A stretch of 64,000 nt of DNA from an uncultured Pelagibacteraceae bacterium (lineage in GTDB: Bacteria > Pseudomonadota > Alphaproteobacteria > Pelagibacterales > Pelagibacteraceae). Where the stretch lies: the NCBI GenBank assembly GCA_902521805.1, contig CABYTL010000004.1:7769-71768 (forward strand), read 5' to 3'. Of the stretch, positions 44,890 through 55,674 are shown piece after piece. The position numbers and the translations under genes were made by a program. Position 1 is the stretch's first letter, and every line of letters begins with the position of its first letter. The notes under the pieces were generated by a model. The model was not told where the DNA came from and did no database searches. It was given only the letters and a program-made list of their open reading frames with translations.

Positions 44890-46688
44890 AATTTTTTTTT
44901 ACTATCAAACAAAGAACTCAATTGTGATATCATTACATCTCCTAATTCATTCACATCAGTAATTTTAATCGCCTTATTATAGTATCTTGAAACATCATGG
45001 CCTATTCCAATTGCTAAAACTTCAATTTCAGTTTTATGTTCTATAAATTTAACCATCTTTTTTAGGTGTTTCTCTAAAAAATCACCAGTATTCACTGAAA
45101 GCGTGGAGTCATCGACCGGAGCTCCATCTGAAATCACCATTAAAATTTTTCTCTCTTCTTTTCTTTTCTTTATTCTACTGTAAGCCCAAGAAATTGCCTC
45201 TCCATCAATATTTTCTTTAAGTAAACCCTCTTTAAGCATTAAACCTAAATTATTTTTAGCTTGGCGCCATTGTGTATCAGCTCCTTTATAAATTATATGT
45301 CTTAAGTCATTTAACCTTCCAGGCGTTTTTGGTTTTGAATTCTTGTTCCAAAGTTCCCTACTTTGTCCACCTTTCCAATTTTTTGTAGTAAATCCTAAAA
45401 TTTCAACTTTCACTGAACATCTTTCCAAAGTTCTAGATAAAATATCAGCACATATAGCAGCAATTGTAATTGGCCTCCCTCTCATTGAACCAGAATTATC
45501 TATTAATAAAGTTACAATCGTATCTTTGAAATCTAAATCTTTTTCTTTCTTAAATGACAAAGAATTAAAAGGATCCATAATTATTCTTGGAAGTTTTGAA
45601 CTGTCAAGTAACCCTTCTTCTAAATCAAATTCCCAAGCTCTATTTTGTTTTGCTAATAATTGTCTTTGAAGCTTATTTGCAAGTTTTGTAACAATATCTT
45701 GAAATCCAACTAATTGTTGATCTAGAGTTTTTCGAAGTTTACCAGCTTCATCAGCGTTTTCTAAATTTTCTGCTTTAGTTATTTCATCAAACTCAGTTGT
45801 AAAAATTTTATAATCAAGATTTAATTCATTAATATTCTTTTTTTGAATTATTTGCTCAGAACTTTGTTGATCTAAGTCTGTATCCACTAATTTTTCATCT
45901 AATCTATATTCATCAATATTGTAATCTGTGTCTAAACTCGCCTCCGGGTCTTGATCCTTGTTAAGATCTTTTTTATCATCATTTTCGCTTTCTTGATCGT
46001 CATTAGATGGGTTATTTAGATCCTCATCTTGGCTATCGTCAGTGGCTTCTTCATTATCCTCAGTCTGAAATATATTCATTTCTTGTAAGATTTTTGAAAA
46101 CTTAGAACTATATATATCTTGGTCCTCAATATTTTCTTTTAAAAATTTGATATGTCTATTGATTGATTGGTCAAAATCTTTTTCCCAAAAATTGAGTATT
46201 TTTGAGGATAGTGAATTTAATTTAATATCAAAAAAATTTTTTAACATATAAAGTTCAAATGCTTCAGCCACCTGGGCATCTTCTTTTGATTTTAATTGAT
46301 CTTTAGTTTTTAAATTTATCTCTTGGTAATAATTATCCTTTAGATTTTTTTCTATACCTTTCAGCATATCACTTCCCAAAGATTCATATCTTATCTTTTC
46401 TGCAACTGCATATAAAGATTTACAGCTGGAATTATTGGGAAGGTTCTTTTTGTAAATTTGATTGTTAGAAAATTTTTTTTTTAAAGCTGAAGAATCTGCT
46501 TCAGCTCTTGCCTTTATAAAATCACTTTTTGTATCTAAATTATCTAACTCAAAAAAATCAAATTTAGTTTTATCTTTACCATCTTCATTTATTTTCTTTT
46601 TTTCTATATCATCAGAAATCACTCTGATTGTAGATGCTAAGGCTTGTCTTACTTTTTCTTTGAGATTTGTCTCTTTATCACTCATCAA
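44883..46688 (-). CDS. cobT: CobT-like vWA protein
   Basis: [38 protein letters not shown]. Confidence 0.93.
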   Translation of the reverse strand: MMSDKETNLKEKVRQALASTIRVISDDIEKKKINEDGKDKTKFDFFELDNLDTKSDFIKARAEADSSALKKKFSNNQIYKKNLPNNSSCKSLYAVAEKIRYESLGSDMLKGIEKNLKDNYYQEINLKTKDQLKSKEDAQVAEAFELYMLKNFFDIKLNSLSSKILNFWEKDFDQSINRHIKFLKENIEDQDIYSSKFSKILQEMNIFQTEDNEEATDDSQDEDLNNPSNDDQESENDDKKDLNKDQDPEASLDTDYNIDEYRLDEKLVDTDLDQQSSEQIIQKKNINELNLDYKIFTTEFDEITKAENLENADEAGKLRKTLDQQLVGFQDIVTKLANKLQRQLLAKQNRAWEFDLEEGLLDSSKLPRIIMDPFNSLSFKKEKDLDFKDTIVTLLIDNSGSMRGRPITIAAICADILSRTLERCSVKVEILGFTTKNWKGGQSRELWNKNSKPKTPGRLNDLRHIIYKGADTQWRQAKNNLGLMLKEGLLKENIDGEAISWAYSRIKKRKEERKILMVISDGAPVDDSTLSVNTGDFLEKHLKKMVKFIEHKTEIEVLAIGIGHDVSRYYNKAIKITDVNELGDVMISQLSSLFDSKKKFH

Positions 46689-47659
46689 ATTTGAATATTT
46701 ATTAAAGACTCTGGCAAGTCTTCACCAAAACATCTTTGATAATATTCTGCGATAGTATTTTTTTCAATGTCGTCACATTTGTTTAAAAAAGTTACTCTAA
46801 AAGCATATCCTGTATCTTTAAATATCTCTGCATTCTCGGCCCAATGTAATACAGTCCTAGGACTCATAACTGTAGAAATATCACCGGCTATAAATCCTTT
46901 TCTAGTAAGTGAAGCTACTTTAATCATATTTGCAACTTTTTCTTTGCCTTTGGGATTATCCAATTTTTTGTTTTTTGCTAAAACTACTTCCAATTCTTTT
47001 TCAAGGCTTAAGTAATTAAGGGTTGTCACAATATTCCATCTATCCATTTGGCCTTGATTTATCTGCTGTGTACCATGATACAGACCTGTTGTGTCTCCTA
47101 ATCCAACTGTGTTAGTTGTTGCAAATAATCTAAAAAATTTATTTTGTTTAATCACTTTATTTTTGTCTAATAAAGTAAAATTACCTTCAGCTTCAAGAAC
47201 CCTTTGAATAACGAACATCACGTCTGGTCTGCCAGCATCATATTCATCAAATACTAGAGCAACAGGATTTTGAATTGACCAAGGTAAAATACCTTCATTA
47301 AATTGAGTAATTTGTTTTCCATCTTTTAAAACTATCGCGTCCTTACCAATTAAATCAATTCTACTTATATGACTGTCCAAGTTTACTCTTATACATGGCC
47401 AATTTAATCTCGCAGCTATTTGTTCAATATGTGTTGATTTACCAGTGCCATGATAACCCTGCACTAAAACTCTTTTGTTAAATGAAAATCCAGAAATTAC
47501 TGCCAGTGTTGTATCACGATCAAATTTATAAGATTTGTCTATTTCTGGAACATATTCACTTTTTTTTGAAAAAGCATCGACCTCCATATCTGAGTCTATA
47601 CCGAAGGTTTGTTTTACTGAGATTTTTATATCTGGTTGTGAATTAATATTTGGTGTCAA
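46685..47659 (-). CDS. cobS: CobS-like AAA+ ATPase
   Basis: [26 protein letters not shown]. Confidence 0.95.
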   Translation of the reverse strand: MTPNINSQPDIKISVKQTFGIDSDMEVDAFSKKSEYVPEIDKSYKFDRDTTLAVISGFSFNKRVLVQGYHGTGKSTHIEQIAARLNWPCIRVNLDSHISRIDLIGKDAIVLKDGKQITQFNEGILPWSIQNPVALVFDEYDAGRPDVMFVIQRVLEAEGNFTLLDKNKVIKQNKFFRLFATTNTVGLGDTTGLYHGTQQINQGQMDRWNIVTTLNYLSLEKELEVVLAKNKKLDNPKGKEKVANMIKVASLTRKGFIAGDISTVMSPRTVLHWAENAEIFKDTGYAFRVTFLNKCDDIEKNTIAEYYQRCFGEDLPESLINIQI

Positions 47660-48176
47660 TTTTTTCTCTATAAGTATTTTTTAGCTGCGTATAAGCCAAT
47701 GTAATTTGTTTAAGTTTTTCCTCATATTTTTTATTCCCAGCATTTATATCTGGGTGAAATTTTTTGACAAGTATTTTGAATTTATCTTGGATTTTTTGCC
47801 ATTTTATGCCGACCGAAACTCCCAAAATACTAAAGGCTTTTATATCCCTATGATCAAATTTAAATTGACGCATATGGTCTAAATCACCTTTAAATCTGTC
47901 TTTTTCCAAATCATCTCTAAGAGTATTGTTCCACAATACTTTAAAAAAATTATCAGGAGAACTAAAGCTCTGTGTTGGTTTGTGCCAAATCATATCTGAT
48001 TTTAAAAAATTTATTACTTGATCATCATTCATACCTGAGAAATAATTCCAATTTTTATTAAATTCTTTTACATGTTCTAAACATAACATACGATATTTTT
48101 TGCTATTATCTTTCTCAATGGGAGCTTTATATTCTCCGATTTTCTTACAATTATTCCAGTCACAAATATTTTTCAT
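47643..48176 (-). CDS. J-domain protein (alphaproteobacterial CobS-linked type)
   Basis: N-terminal CDWNNC...CLEHV, C-terminal J domain with HPD. Confidence 0.9.
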   Translation of the reverse strand: MKNICDWNNCKKIGEYKAPIEKDNSKKYRMLCLEHVKEFNKNWNYFSGMNDDQVINFLKSDMIWHKPTQSFSSPDNFFKVLWNNTLRDDLEKDRFKGDLDHMRQFKFDHRDIKAFSILGVSVGIKWQKIQDKFKILVKKFHPDINAGNKKYEEKLKQITLAYTQLKNTYREKIDTKY

Positions 48177-48195
48177 GATATAGTAATTAATACTT

Positions 48196-48456
48196 ATGAA
48201 TATAAATGATTTAATTGCAATTGTTAAAAAAAAATTAAACGATAAAATTATAATTGAAAAAATTGAGATTCAAGATAAGTCATATTTACATAAAAATCAT
48301 TTAGGTCATCAAGATGGCAGATTTCATTTAAAACTTATAATCAATTCTAGAGAATTAAAAATGCAAGGCGCAATAGAAAGAAATAAAAGAGTATATAAAA
48401 TTTTAGACGAAGAAATTAAAAAAAACATACACTCTTTACAAATATTAATTAGTTAA
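48196..48456 (+). CDS. bolA: BolA family protein
   Basis: DKSYLHKNH, HLKLIINS, IHSLQI. Confidence 0.88.
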   Translation: MNINDLIAIVKKKLNDKIIIEKIEIQDKSYLHKNHLGHQDGRFHLKLIINSRELKMQGAIERNKRVYKILDEEIKKNIHSLQILIS

Positions 48457-49551
48457 TTCTTTTCTTAAAAATTTTTGAATTTTAGATTTATCAAATTCCT
48501 TGTTTATAGAGGCTGATCCTATCTTTTTAAGGAGTACTAAATTTATTTTTTTTGAAATATTTTTTTTATCTTTTATCATAAAATTTAATATTGTGTTTAA
48601 ATTTTTAGGTGAAAAATATTTCTTAATATCATGTGGTAGTTCCATTATCTTTAAGTGATTAATTATTTCATTGTACTCAATAAACCTAATTATTTTTATA
48701 TGGAGACTAAAATTTAAAGCAGTAACTATTCCTAGTATTACTGCTTCGCCATGATTTAATTTTTTTGAGTACCCCAAGGTCGCCTCATAGGCGTGTGCAA
48801 AAGTATGGCCAAAATTCAGTATTTTTCTTAAACCTTTTTCTTTTTCGTCTTTCTCAACAACTTCTTTTTTTATCTTACAACTCTCAAAAATAGCTTTTTC
48901 AACAAATGGACTTTTTAGTTTCAAAATTTGAAGAGTATTTTTTCTCAAATATGTATAAAAAATTTTATTTAGAATTAGTGAATGTTTAAAAATCTCTCCG
49001 TATCCACAAATAATTTCTCGTTTTGGAAGAGAGCTTAAAAAATCTGTGTCGCTAATTACTATTTTAGGTTGGTAAAAACTTCCTATAAGATTTTTACCTT
49101 CTTTGGTATTAATTCCAGTTTTACCTCCAATTGATGAATCTACTTGGGATAACAATGTAGTTGGTATATTAATAAATTTTATTCCTCTCTTGTATAAACT
49201 AGCTGCAAAACTACCTACATCGCCAGTTATGCCTCCACCAATAGTAATTACACAATCCAGTCTTGTAAAATTTTTATTTAATAAAATTTGTAATATTTTA
49301 TCAATATTTTTGAAATTTTTGTTTCTTTCATTTGCATTAAAAAAATATTTTGACACTTTTTTTTCAAGTAGCGATTTTGTTATTATAGAAACCATTTTAC
49401 TTGGAACTTTTTTATCTATTATTAAAAGACACTGATTAAAATTGATTGAATTATTTTTTAAGTACAAAGCTAAATTTTTTAAAATTTTTGATCCAATTAT
49501 AATTGGATAGTTTTGAGATTTTGTTTTCACATTTAATTTAATGGGCTTCAT
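48445..49551 (-). CDS. aroB: 3-dehydroquinate synthase
   Basis: GGGITGD, PTTLLSQVDSSIGGKTG, LNFGHTFAHA. Confidence 0.97.
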   Translation of the reverse strand: MKPIKLNVKTKSQNYPIIIGSKILKNLALYLKNNSINFNQCLLIIDKKVPSKMVSIITKSLLEKKVSKYFFNANERNKNFKNIDKILQILLNKNFTRLDCVITIGGGITGDVGSFAASLYKRGIKFINIPTTLLSQVDSSIGGKTGINTKEGKNLIGSFYQPKIVISDTDFLSSLPKREIICGYGEIFKHSLILNKIFYTYLRKNTLQILKLKSPFVEKAIFESCKIKKEVVEKDEKEKGLRKILNFGHTFAHAYEATLGYSKKLNHGEAVILGIVTALNFSLHIKIIRFIEYNEIINHLKIMELPHDIKKYFSPKNLNTILNFMIKDKKNISKKINLVLLKKIGSASINKEFDKSKIQKFLRKELTN

Positions 49552-50050
49552 AAATTTTAATTATATTTCTACTAATTTCATTTTTTGTATGATTTTCACA
49601 ATTAATTTTATACATAGCTTTTGAATACACAATAGATCGTTTTTTTATAAGATCCATAAGCTCATTTTTTGAAGCTTTATAAGCTATAGGTCTCTTTGGA
49701 CTATTTTTAACTCTATTAATTAATGTGTTAACATCCCAATTTAACCAAAAAGAAATATGATTATTAAGCACTTCTCTCTTAATTTTAGTATTTAGAAATG
49801 CGCCTCCTCCAAGAGAGATAACACTTTTACTTTTTTTTAATAATTTAAGTGATATCAATTCCTCAATTTCTCTAAAATATTTTTCACCTTTATTTTTGAA
49901 TATTTCTGGAATTCTCATGCCTATTTCTTTTTCAATTTCATTATCTACATCTATAAATTCTATATTTAACTTTTTTGATACAATTGAGCCGATTGAGGAC
50001 TTGCCGGAACCCATCATGCCTAAAAAAATTAAATTTTTTTTTGATTTCAT
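49538..50050 (-). CDS. aroK: Shikimate kinase
   Basis: GMMGSGKS Walker A, GEKYFRE, SLGGGA. Confidence 0.96.
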   Translation of the reverse strand: MKSKKNLIFLGMMGSGKSSIGSIVSKKLNIEFIDVDNEIEKEIGMRIPEIFKNKGEKYFREIEELISLKLLKKSKSVISLGGGAFLNTKIKREVLNNHISFWLNWDVNTLINRVKNSPKRPIAYKASKNELMDLIKKRSIVYSKAMYKINCENHTKNEISRNIIKIYEAH

Positions 50051-50106
50051 ATGTTTCTGTATTGAAAAAACACAAATATGTCTTAATTTGATTTTAACTA
50101 ACGTAT

Positions 50107-50286
50107 ATGCAATTTACAAAAAATTCAAGTTCCAGTAAAACTATTATGGGTTTAATCCTAAAATTAAGCATTGTTGTAGTCTTATCATTTGGAGGAATTT
50201 TCCTTTTAAGTAAAATAGATTTTCCTGCCCCAAAAAAAGAAATAGAAAAAATTATTCCTAATGAAAATTTTAAAGTTGTTAAATAG
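50107..50286 (+). CDS. Small single-pass membrane protein (59 aa)
   Basis: MQFTKNSSSSKTIMGLILKLSIVVVLSFGGIFLLSKIDFPAPKKEIEKIIPNENFKVVK*; overlaps the start of the next gene; missed by ORF track. Confidence 0.75.
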   Translation: MQFTKNSSSSKTIMGLILKLSIVVVLSFGGIFLLSKIDFPAPKKEIEKIIPNENFKVVK

Positions 50287-52033
50287 AAATTATTTTTCAA
50301 TATTATCATTTATTTTTGTTATTAGTTTAGGAGCAGAGGCTGAGGAAAAACCTGTGGATATATGGAATATTGATCAAAATACCATAAAAGAAAAAAAAAT
50401 TGATAAAGATCAAATCAATAAAAAAATTCTGGAAAGTGAAAATAATCAATCTAGTATTTATGATTTACAATCTCAAAATGAAATTAACACAGTTCAAGTT
50501 GATGCCTCTTTAGATTCAAAGAATGTAAAAATAATAGGACTTTATGATCCAGAAGATTTCGATCTAACAATAGACATGTGGTCAAATTCAAATGGTGATC
50601 AGCTCAAATATCTTTTTTCTAATTTAGAAAAGCTAGACCTATCTAAGGATGCTTCAGAGTTGATGAATATAGCTTTAATGACTAATTCTTATTATCCTAA
50701 GGATACCATTGAAGAAGATGAATTTCTAAAAATAAAATCAAATTGGCTTATCCGAAATGAAAATAGAGATTTAATAGAAAATTATTTAATAAAAAATCAA
50801 ATATTAAATTTACACTCTGAACTTAGTCGATATTTGGTTGATCAATATTTATCGGAATCAAATTTAGAAAAAGCTTGTAAATTATTTATAGATAACAAAG
50901 AAATTATCAATAATGAGTATTTATCAAAATTTAATTTATATTGTTTAATTAACAACGGAAAAGCTGAGGAGGCACAACTGATTTTTGATTTAAAAAAAGA
51001 ACTTGGATTTAAAGACGAATATTTTGAAAAAAAAATTAATTATTTGTTTGGTTTTGCAGATCAACCAGATTTAGAAATTTCAGAAGCTTCTATTTTAGAT
51101 TTTCATTTAGCACATAGAACCAATCCTGATTTTATATTTGAACCAAAAAAAAATACAGATCCATTAATATGGAAGTATTTAGCAACTTCTAATTTATTAT
51201 ATGATATTGAAGAAATAGATATTGAAGAATTAGATAAAATTATATTAATTGAAAAAGCTACTCACGATAAGAATTATTCTGAGGATGATTTATTTTCTTT
51301 ATATAAAAGATTTCAATTTAATATCAATTTACTTTTAAATGCATCTGAAGCATACAAATCTCTTTCAAGTGTTGAGGCTAGAGCTTTAATTTATCAAAGA
51401 ATTCTTCTAGAGTCTAATGCTAACAAAAAGTTGGAATTAATAAGTTTATTAAAAGATCTTTTTGTAAAAGATAATTACTCAAATGCTTTTGATAATGAAT
51501 TGAAGAAATTTTTAAAAGCAATAGACCCGCAAGAAGTTCCGTCTAATTTTACAACATTTTATTTTAATTATTTAGAAGATGACACAAAAGAATTAGATAA
51601 TATTAAATATAACAAAGATATTCTTCACCAGTCAAAATTAGTCAATTATTTTAATGGAGATTTTGCAAAATCGAAAGTTGAAAAAGATTTGAACAATTAT
51701 TTAAAAAGAATAAAAAAAGATAAAGATTATCTTATATCTAAAAAAGATATTATGTTAATTGAGTCTATCAAGTCAGATGGTATTGAAATTCAAAAAAGAT
51801 ATGAAGATCTATATAAAATTAATGAGTCCGAAATGCCGACAGATATTCAAGTTATGATAAATAATAACGAAATTGGATCTACATTGTTGAGAATAATTGA
51901 GGTTATAGGGCAAGATGAACTTAAAGCTCTTGATGAAGATACGTTATTTTTTATAGTAAGTGCCTTAAATCAACTGGATATTGATTATATTAGAAATAAA
52001 ATTTTATTAAAAGTTCTTCCTTTAAAAGTTTAA
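50261..52033 (+). CDS. Exported, largely helical hypothetical protein (590 aa)
   Basis: Signal peptide, PVDIW and DMWSNS motifs; occupies the conserved position divergent from aroK. Confidence 0.8.
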   Translation: MKILKLLNRNYFSILSFIFVISLGAEAEEKPVDIWNIDQNTIKEKKIDKDQINKKILESENNQSSIYDLQSQNEINTVQVDASLDSKNVKIIGLYDPEDFDLTIDMWSNSNGDQLKYLFSNLEKLDLSKDASELMNIALMTNSYYPKDTIEEDEFLKIKSNWLIRNENRDLIENYLIKNQILNLHSELSRYLVDQYLSESNLEKACKLFIDNKEIINNEYLSKFNLYCLINNGKAEEAQLIFDLKKELGFKDEYFEKKINYLFGFADQPDLEISEASILDFHLAHRTNPDFIFEPKKNTDPLIWKYLATSNLLYDIEEIDIEELDKIILIEKATHDKNYSEDDLFSLYKRFQFNINLLLNASEAYKSLSSVEARALIYQRILLESNANKKLELISLLKDLFVKDNYSNAFDNELKKFLKAIDPQEVPSNFTTFYFNYLEDDTKELDNIKYNKDILHQSKLVNYFNGDFAKSKVEKDLNNYLKRIKKDKDYLISKKDIMLIESIKSDGIEIQKRYEDLYKINESEMPTDIQVMINNNEIGSTLLRIIEVIGQDELKALDEDTLFFIVSALNQLDIDYIRNKILLKVLPLKV

Positions 52034-52056
52034 AAATTAGTTTATTTATTTACTCC

Positions 52057-52581
52057 ATGAGTGTTAGAGAGATAATAACTGTTCCAGATCAAATATTAAA
52101 AAGAGTATCCAAACCCATTGAAAAAGTTGGGGTAAATGAAAAAAAATTAATTAATGATTTATTCGAAACTATGTATAATTCAAATGGAATCGGTTTAGCA
52201 GCAGTACAAGTAGGAGTATTGAGAAGAGTTTTGGTTGTTGATGTTTCCTCTAAAGAAGAAGAAAAAAAACCAATGTGTTTTATAAATCCAAAAATAAAGA
52301 AAAAAAGTGATCAGATGTCAGTATATGAGGAGGGATGTTTATCTATTCCTGATACATTTATTGAAATTCAGAGACCAAAGATTTGTGAAATAGAGTATTT
52401 AGATATTTATGGAAAAACTAAAACCCAAGAATTTGATGGCCTTTTGTCAACTTGTGTTCAACATGAAATAAACCATTTAGATGGAAAACTTATTATAGAT
52501 CACTTATCTAAGTTAAAAAGGGACGTGATAATTAAGAAAATTTCAAAAATAAAAAAATATCCAGATAGAATAATAGTCTAA
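52057..52581 (+). CDS. def: Peptide deformylase
   Basis: GIGLAAVQ, EGCLSIP, QHEINHLDG. Confidence 0.98.
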   Translation: MSVREIITVPDQILKRVSKPIEKVGVNEKKLINDLFETMYNSNGIGLAAVQVGVLRRVLVVDVSSKEEEKKPMCFINPKIKKKSDQMSVYEEGCLSIPDTFIEIQRPKICEIEYLDIYGKTKTQEFDGLLSTCVQHEINHLDGKLIIDHLSKLKRDVIIKKISKIKKYPDRIIV

Positions 52582-52582
52582 A

Positions 52583-53515
52583 ATGGCAAAAAAAATAATC
52601 TTTATGGGTACACCTTTATTTTCTGTACCAATATTAAAATCTTTATATCAAAATGGTTTCCCAATTAATCTAGTTTACACTCAACCTCCACAAAAATCTC
52701 ACCGGGGTCAAAAAATAAATAAATCACCGATTCAAGGAATGTCTGAAACTTTAAATATTGATTTTAGATCTCCAATAAGCTTGAAAAATAATAATACTGA
52801 ATATGAATTAATAAAAGATATGAATGCTGATTTAGCTATTGTAGTCGCTTATGGTCAAATAATACCTAAAGAATTTTTAACCTTAACAAAAAAAGGTTTT
52901 ATAAATATTCATGCTTCAATACTTCCTGCCTGGCGTGGTGCAGCTCCTATTCAAAGATCAATAATGAATTTAGATGCAGAAATAGGGATTAGTATTATGA
53001 AAATTACTGAAAAACTTGATACAGGGCCTATTTGTAATATCTATAAAATGAAATTAGATCCAAGTTTTAACACTCAAGAGGTATCAGAAAAACTCTCATT
53101 TTTGGCTGCAAAGAAAATTTTAGACAACGTAGATGATATTTTGGGAGATAAAATAGAATTTATAGAACAAGATCATTCAAGAGCTACTTATGCAGAAAAA
53201 ATAAATAAAAATGAGGGTAAAATTAATTGGAATGAGGGAGCTTTAAAAATTATTGGAAAAATAAATGGTTTATTTCCATCTCCAGGTGCTTTTTTTAATT
53301 TCAATGGAGAAAGATTTAAAATCTTAAAAGCCGAAATAGGCAATGGTTCAGGGCTAATAGGAGAAGTTTTGAGTGAAAAACTCGAGATTGCTTGTGGAGA
53401 TGGCAAATCTATAAAAATTATTGAAATACAAAGAGAAGGTAAAAAAGCACAAAAAATTAATGAGTTTATTCTTGGGTCAAAAATTAAAAAGGGTTATCAA
53501 ATAACAAATGTTTAA
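52583..53515 (+). CDS. fmt: Methionyl-tRNA formyltransferase
   Basis: FMGTP, NIHASILPAWRGAAPIQ. Confidence 0.98.
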   Translation: MAKKIIFMGTPLFSVPILKSLYQNGFPINLVYTQPPQKSHRGQKINKSPIQGMSETLNIDFRSPISLKNNNTEYELIKDMNADLAIVVAYGQIIPKEFLTLTKKGFINIHASILPAWRGAAPIQRSIMNLDAEIGISIMKITEKLDTGPICNIYKMKLDPSFNTQEVSEKLSFLAAKKILDNVDDILGDKIEFIEQDHSRATYAEKINKNEGKINWNEGALKIIGKINGLFPSPGAFFNFNGERFKILKAEIGNGSGLIGEVLSEKLEIACGDGKSIKIIEIQREGKKAQKINEFILGSKIKKGYQITNV

Positions 53516-54248
53516 GTATCAGATATTTATTGAATATGTTGGTACAAATTTCAGAGGATGGCAAATTCAAAAAAAAGGTAAAACTATTCAAGGTTTAATA
53601 CAAGATGCAATTTCCAAAATATTAAAAGAAAGAATAGTGTTGTTTGGATCGGGTAGAACTGACACAGGTGTTCACGCTATAGAACAATCAGCACATTTTG
53701 AATGTAAAAAAAGGATTAAGGAATTTGATAAATTTTTAAAATCTATAAATTTTTTTTTGAATAAAAATGAGGTAGCTGTACTTAGATTAAAAAAAAGAAA
53801 TCAAAATTTTCATGCAAGATTTTCTGCGAGGATGAGAATATATAAATATGTAATAATAAATCAATTGAGTAGGCCAGTTTTAATGAAAAATAGAGCTTGG
53901 CACGTAATTAATAAACTTGATTTAGAAATTATGGAAAAAGCAGCTAAGAAACTATTAGGAACTAAAGACTTTTCTACTTTTAGAGCCTCAAGTTGTAGAG
54001 CCAAAAGTCCAATTAAAACTATGAAATCCATTAAAATAAATTATTCAAAGAATAAGATAGAAATTGAATTTAAATCTCAATCTTTTTTGCAGCAACAAGT
54101 ACGTTCAATGGTAGGTTGTTTAAAATATGTTGGAGAAAAAAAATGGGATTTAAAAACTTTTGAAAATGTATTCAAATCAAAAAAAAGAGAATTATGTGCA
54201 CCACCAGCTCCACCAGAAGGACTATTTTTATTGAAAGTTATTTATTAA
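53508..54248 (+). CDS. truA: tRNA pseudouridine(38-40) synthase
   Basis: GRTDTGVHA, FHARFSA, QVRSMVG. Confidence 0.97.
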   Translation: MFKYQIFIEYVGTNFRGWQIQKKGKTIQGLIQDAISKILKERIVLFGSGRTDTGVHAIEQSAHFECKKRIKEFDKFLKSINFFLNKNEVAVLRLKKRNQNFHARFSARMRIYKYVIINQLSRPVLMKNRAWHVINKLDLEIMEKAAKKLLGTKDFSTFRASSCRAKSPIKTMKSIKINYSKNKIEIEFKSQSFLQQQVRSMVGCLKYVGEKKWDLKTFENVFKSKKRELCAPPAPPEGLFLLKVIY

Positions 54249-54720
54249 TTTTTTTTTTATAATTCATAGAAAATTTTTTGTTAATTCTCCATCTCGATTC
54301 TTCTCTCACAATATACCCACAACAGTTTTTGGAACCACATTTACATGGAAACTGTTTGTAATCCTTGTCATAACTGAACCCGTAATCACAAGTGATCTCT
54401 TCTCCCTTTTTAATATCACGTATTGCTGAAATCCAAATTTTTAAACCTTTTCCATTATAATCAGAATTATTTTCACATGAATGATTTATTAACCCAGCAG
54501 TGTTCCATGAGAAATCTCCATCAAGAGTATATTTTTTATTTAAAGTAAACAAATAAATTGGTTTTTTATTATCAAACTTATCTGACTTGTCCACCTCTTC
54601 ATTGGTTATAATTTTTCCAACATAATCTATAATTTTTGTTCCTTCTTTAATGTTCTTACTAGCATAAAGACCCCTTCCATGATTATCAATTTTAGATTTT
54701 TTGATTTTGTATTTTTTCAT
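54238..54720 (-). CDS. SET-domain protein-lysine methyltransferase with post-SET
   Basis: GRGLYA, INHSCENN, GEEITCDYG, CKCGSKNC. Confidence 0.93.
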   Translation of the reverse strand: MKKYKIKKSKIDNHGRGLYASKNIKEGTKIIDYVGKIITNEEVDKSDKFDNKKPIYLFTLNKKYTLDGDFSWNTAGLINHSCENNSDYNGKGLKIWISAIRDIKKGEEITCDYGFSYDKDYKQFPCKCGSKNCCGYIVREESRWRINKKFSMNYKKKINK

Positions 54721-54750
54721 TTTAGTGATTTACAATTAATTAAATATTGA

Positions 54751-55674
54751 TCAACTATATTCTACAAGTGCGTTAACATGTTCATTAGCACTTTCAGCTA
54801 AAGCTTTTAGATCATACCCACCTTCAAGTATAGAAACAACTTTACCCCCAGTAAACTTGTTGGTAGCTGCTAAAGTTCTTTTAGTGATTTCATAGAAGTC
54901 TTTTGAACTTAGTTGAAATTGAGCTAGTGGATCATCTTTATGAGCATCAAAACCTGCTGAGAACAATAGAAAATCAGGTTTATATTCAACTAGTCTATCT
55001 AAAACTTTATTAAACACGTCTAAATACCGTTCTGTGTTAGTGCCAGCTGGCAAAGGTATATTTAAAGAGTTGTTAAAGTCACCTTTATCTTTTTCTGTTC
55101 CTCCCCCAGGATAAAAAGGATATTGATGAGTTGAGATATATAATGAGTTTTTGTTATTACGCATTACATCGTAATTCCCATTACCCCAGTGTACATCAAA
55201 ATCTACACAAGCAACTTTTTTATACTTATATTTATGAATTAAGTAGTTAGTTGCTACACCAGCATTTGAAATACAACAAAATCCCATCGCTTTATCTTTC
55301 TCAGCATGATGCCCTGGTGGTCTTACTAAACAAAATGCGTTTTTAAATTGATTATTTTCTATTCCATCAATTGCTCTAATTGTTGATCCTGCAGCTTCAA
55401 ATACTGCTTTTTTACTCTCAGGTGAAACAATTGTATCCCCATCTAAAAATTTCAGACCTTTTTGTGGAAAAGAATTTTTTAAATTATCAATATAGTTTTT
55501 TGAATGAGTCATAGCCAATATATCTTCAGGCACATTATCAGGTTTTTTCCAAATCAAATCTTTTCTTTTATTTAGTTTTTCCTTTATAGCTATTACTCTT
55601 TTTGGTTGCTCGGGGTGACCATCTCCTGTGATGTGTTTTTCATAAGAGTCGGAATTAATTATTGCTGTTTTCAT
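54751..55674 (-). CDS. Zn-dependent histone deacetylase family protein
   Basis: HPEQPKR, RPPGHHA, DFDVH, SAGFDAH, LEGGY. Confidence 0.94.
   Translation of the reverse strand: MKTAIINSDSYEKHITGDGHPEQPKRVIAIKEKLNKRKDLIWKKPDNVPEDILAMTHSKNYIDNLKNSFPQKGLKFLDGDTIVSPESKKAVFEAAGSTIRAIDGIENNQFKNAFCLVRPPGHHAEKDKAMGFCCISNAGVATNYLIHKYKYKKVACVDFDVHWGNGNYDVMRNNKNSLYISTHQYPFYPGGGTEKDKGDFNNSLNIPLPAGTNTERYLDVFNKVLDRLVEYKPDFLLFSAGFDAHKDDPLAQFQLSSKDFYEITKRTLAATNKFTGGKVVSILEGGYDLKALAESANEHVNALVEYS

Noticed and set aside
50094-50309. 71-aa minus-strand ORF in the track
   Set aside because: Antisense shadow of the better supported + strand ORF 50107-50286
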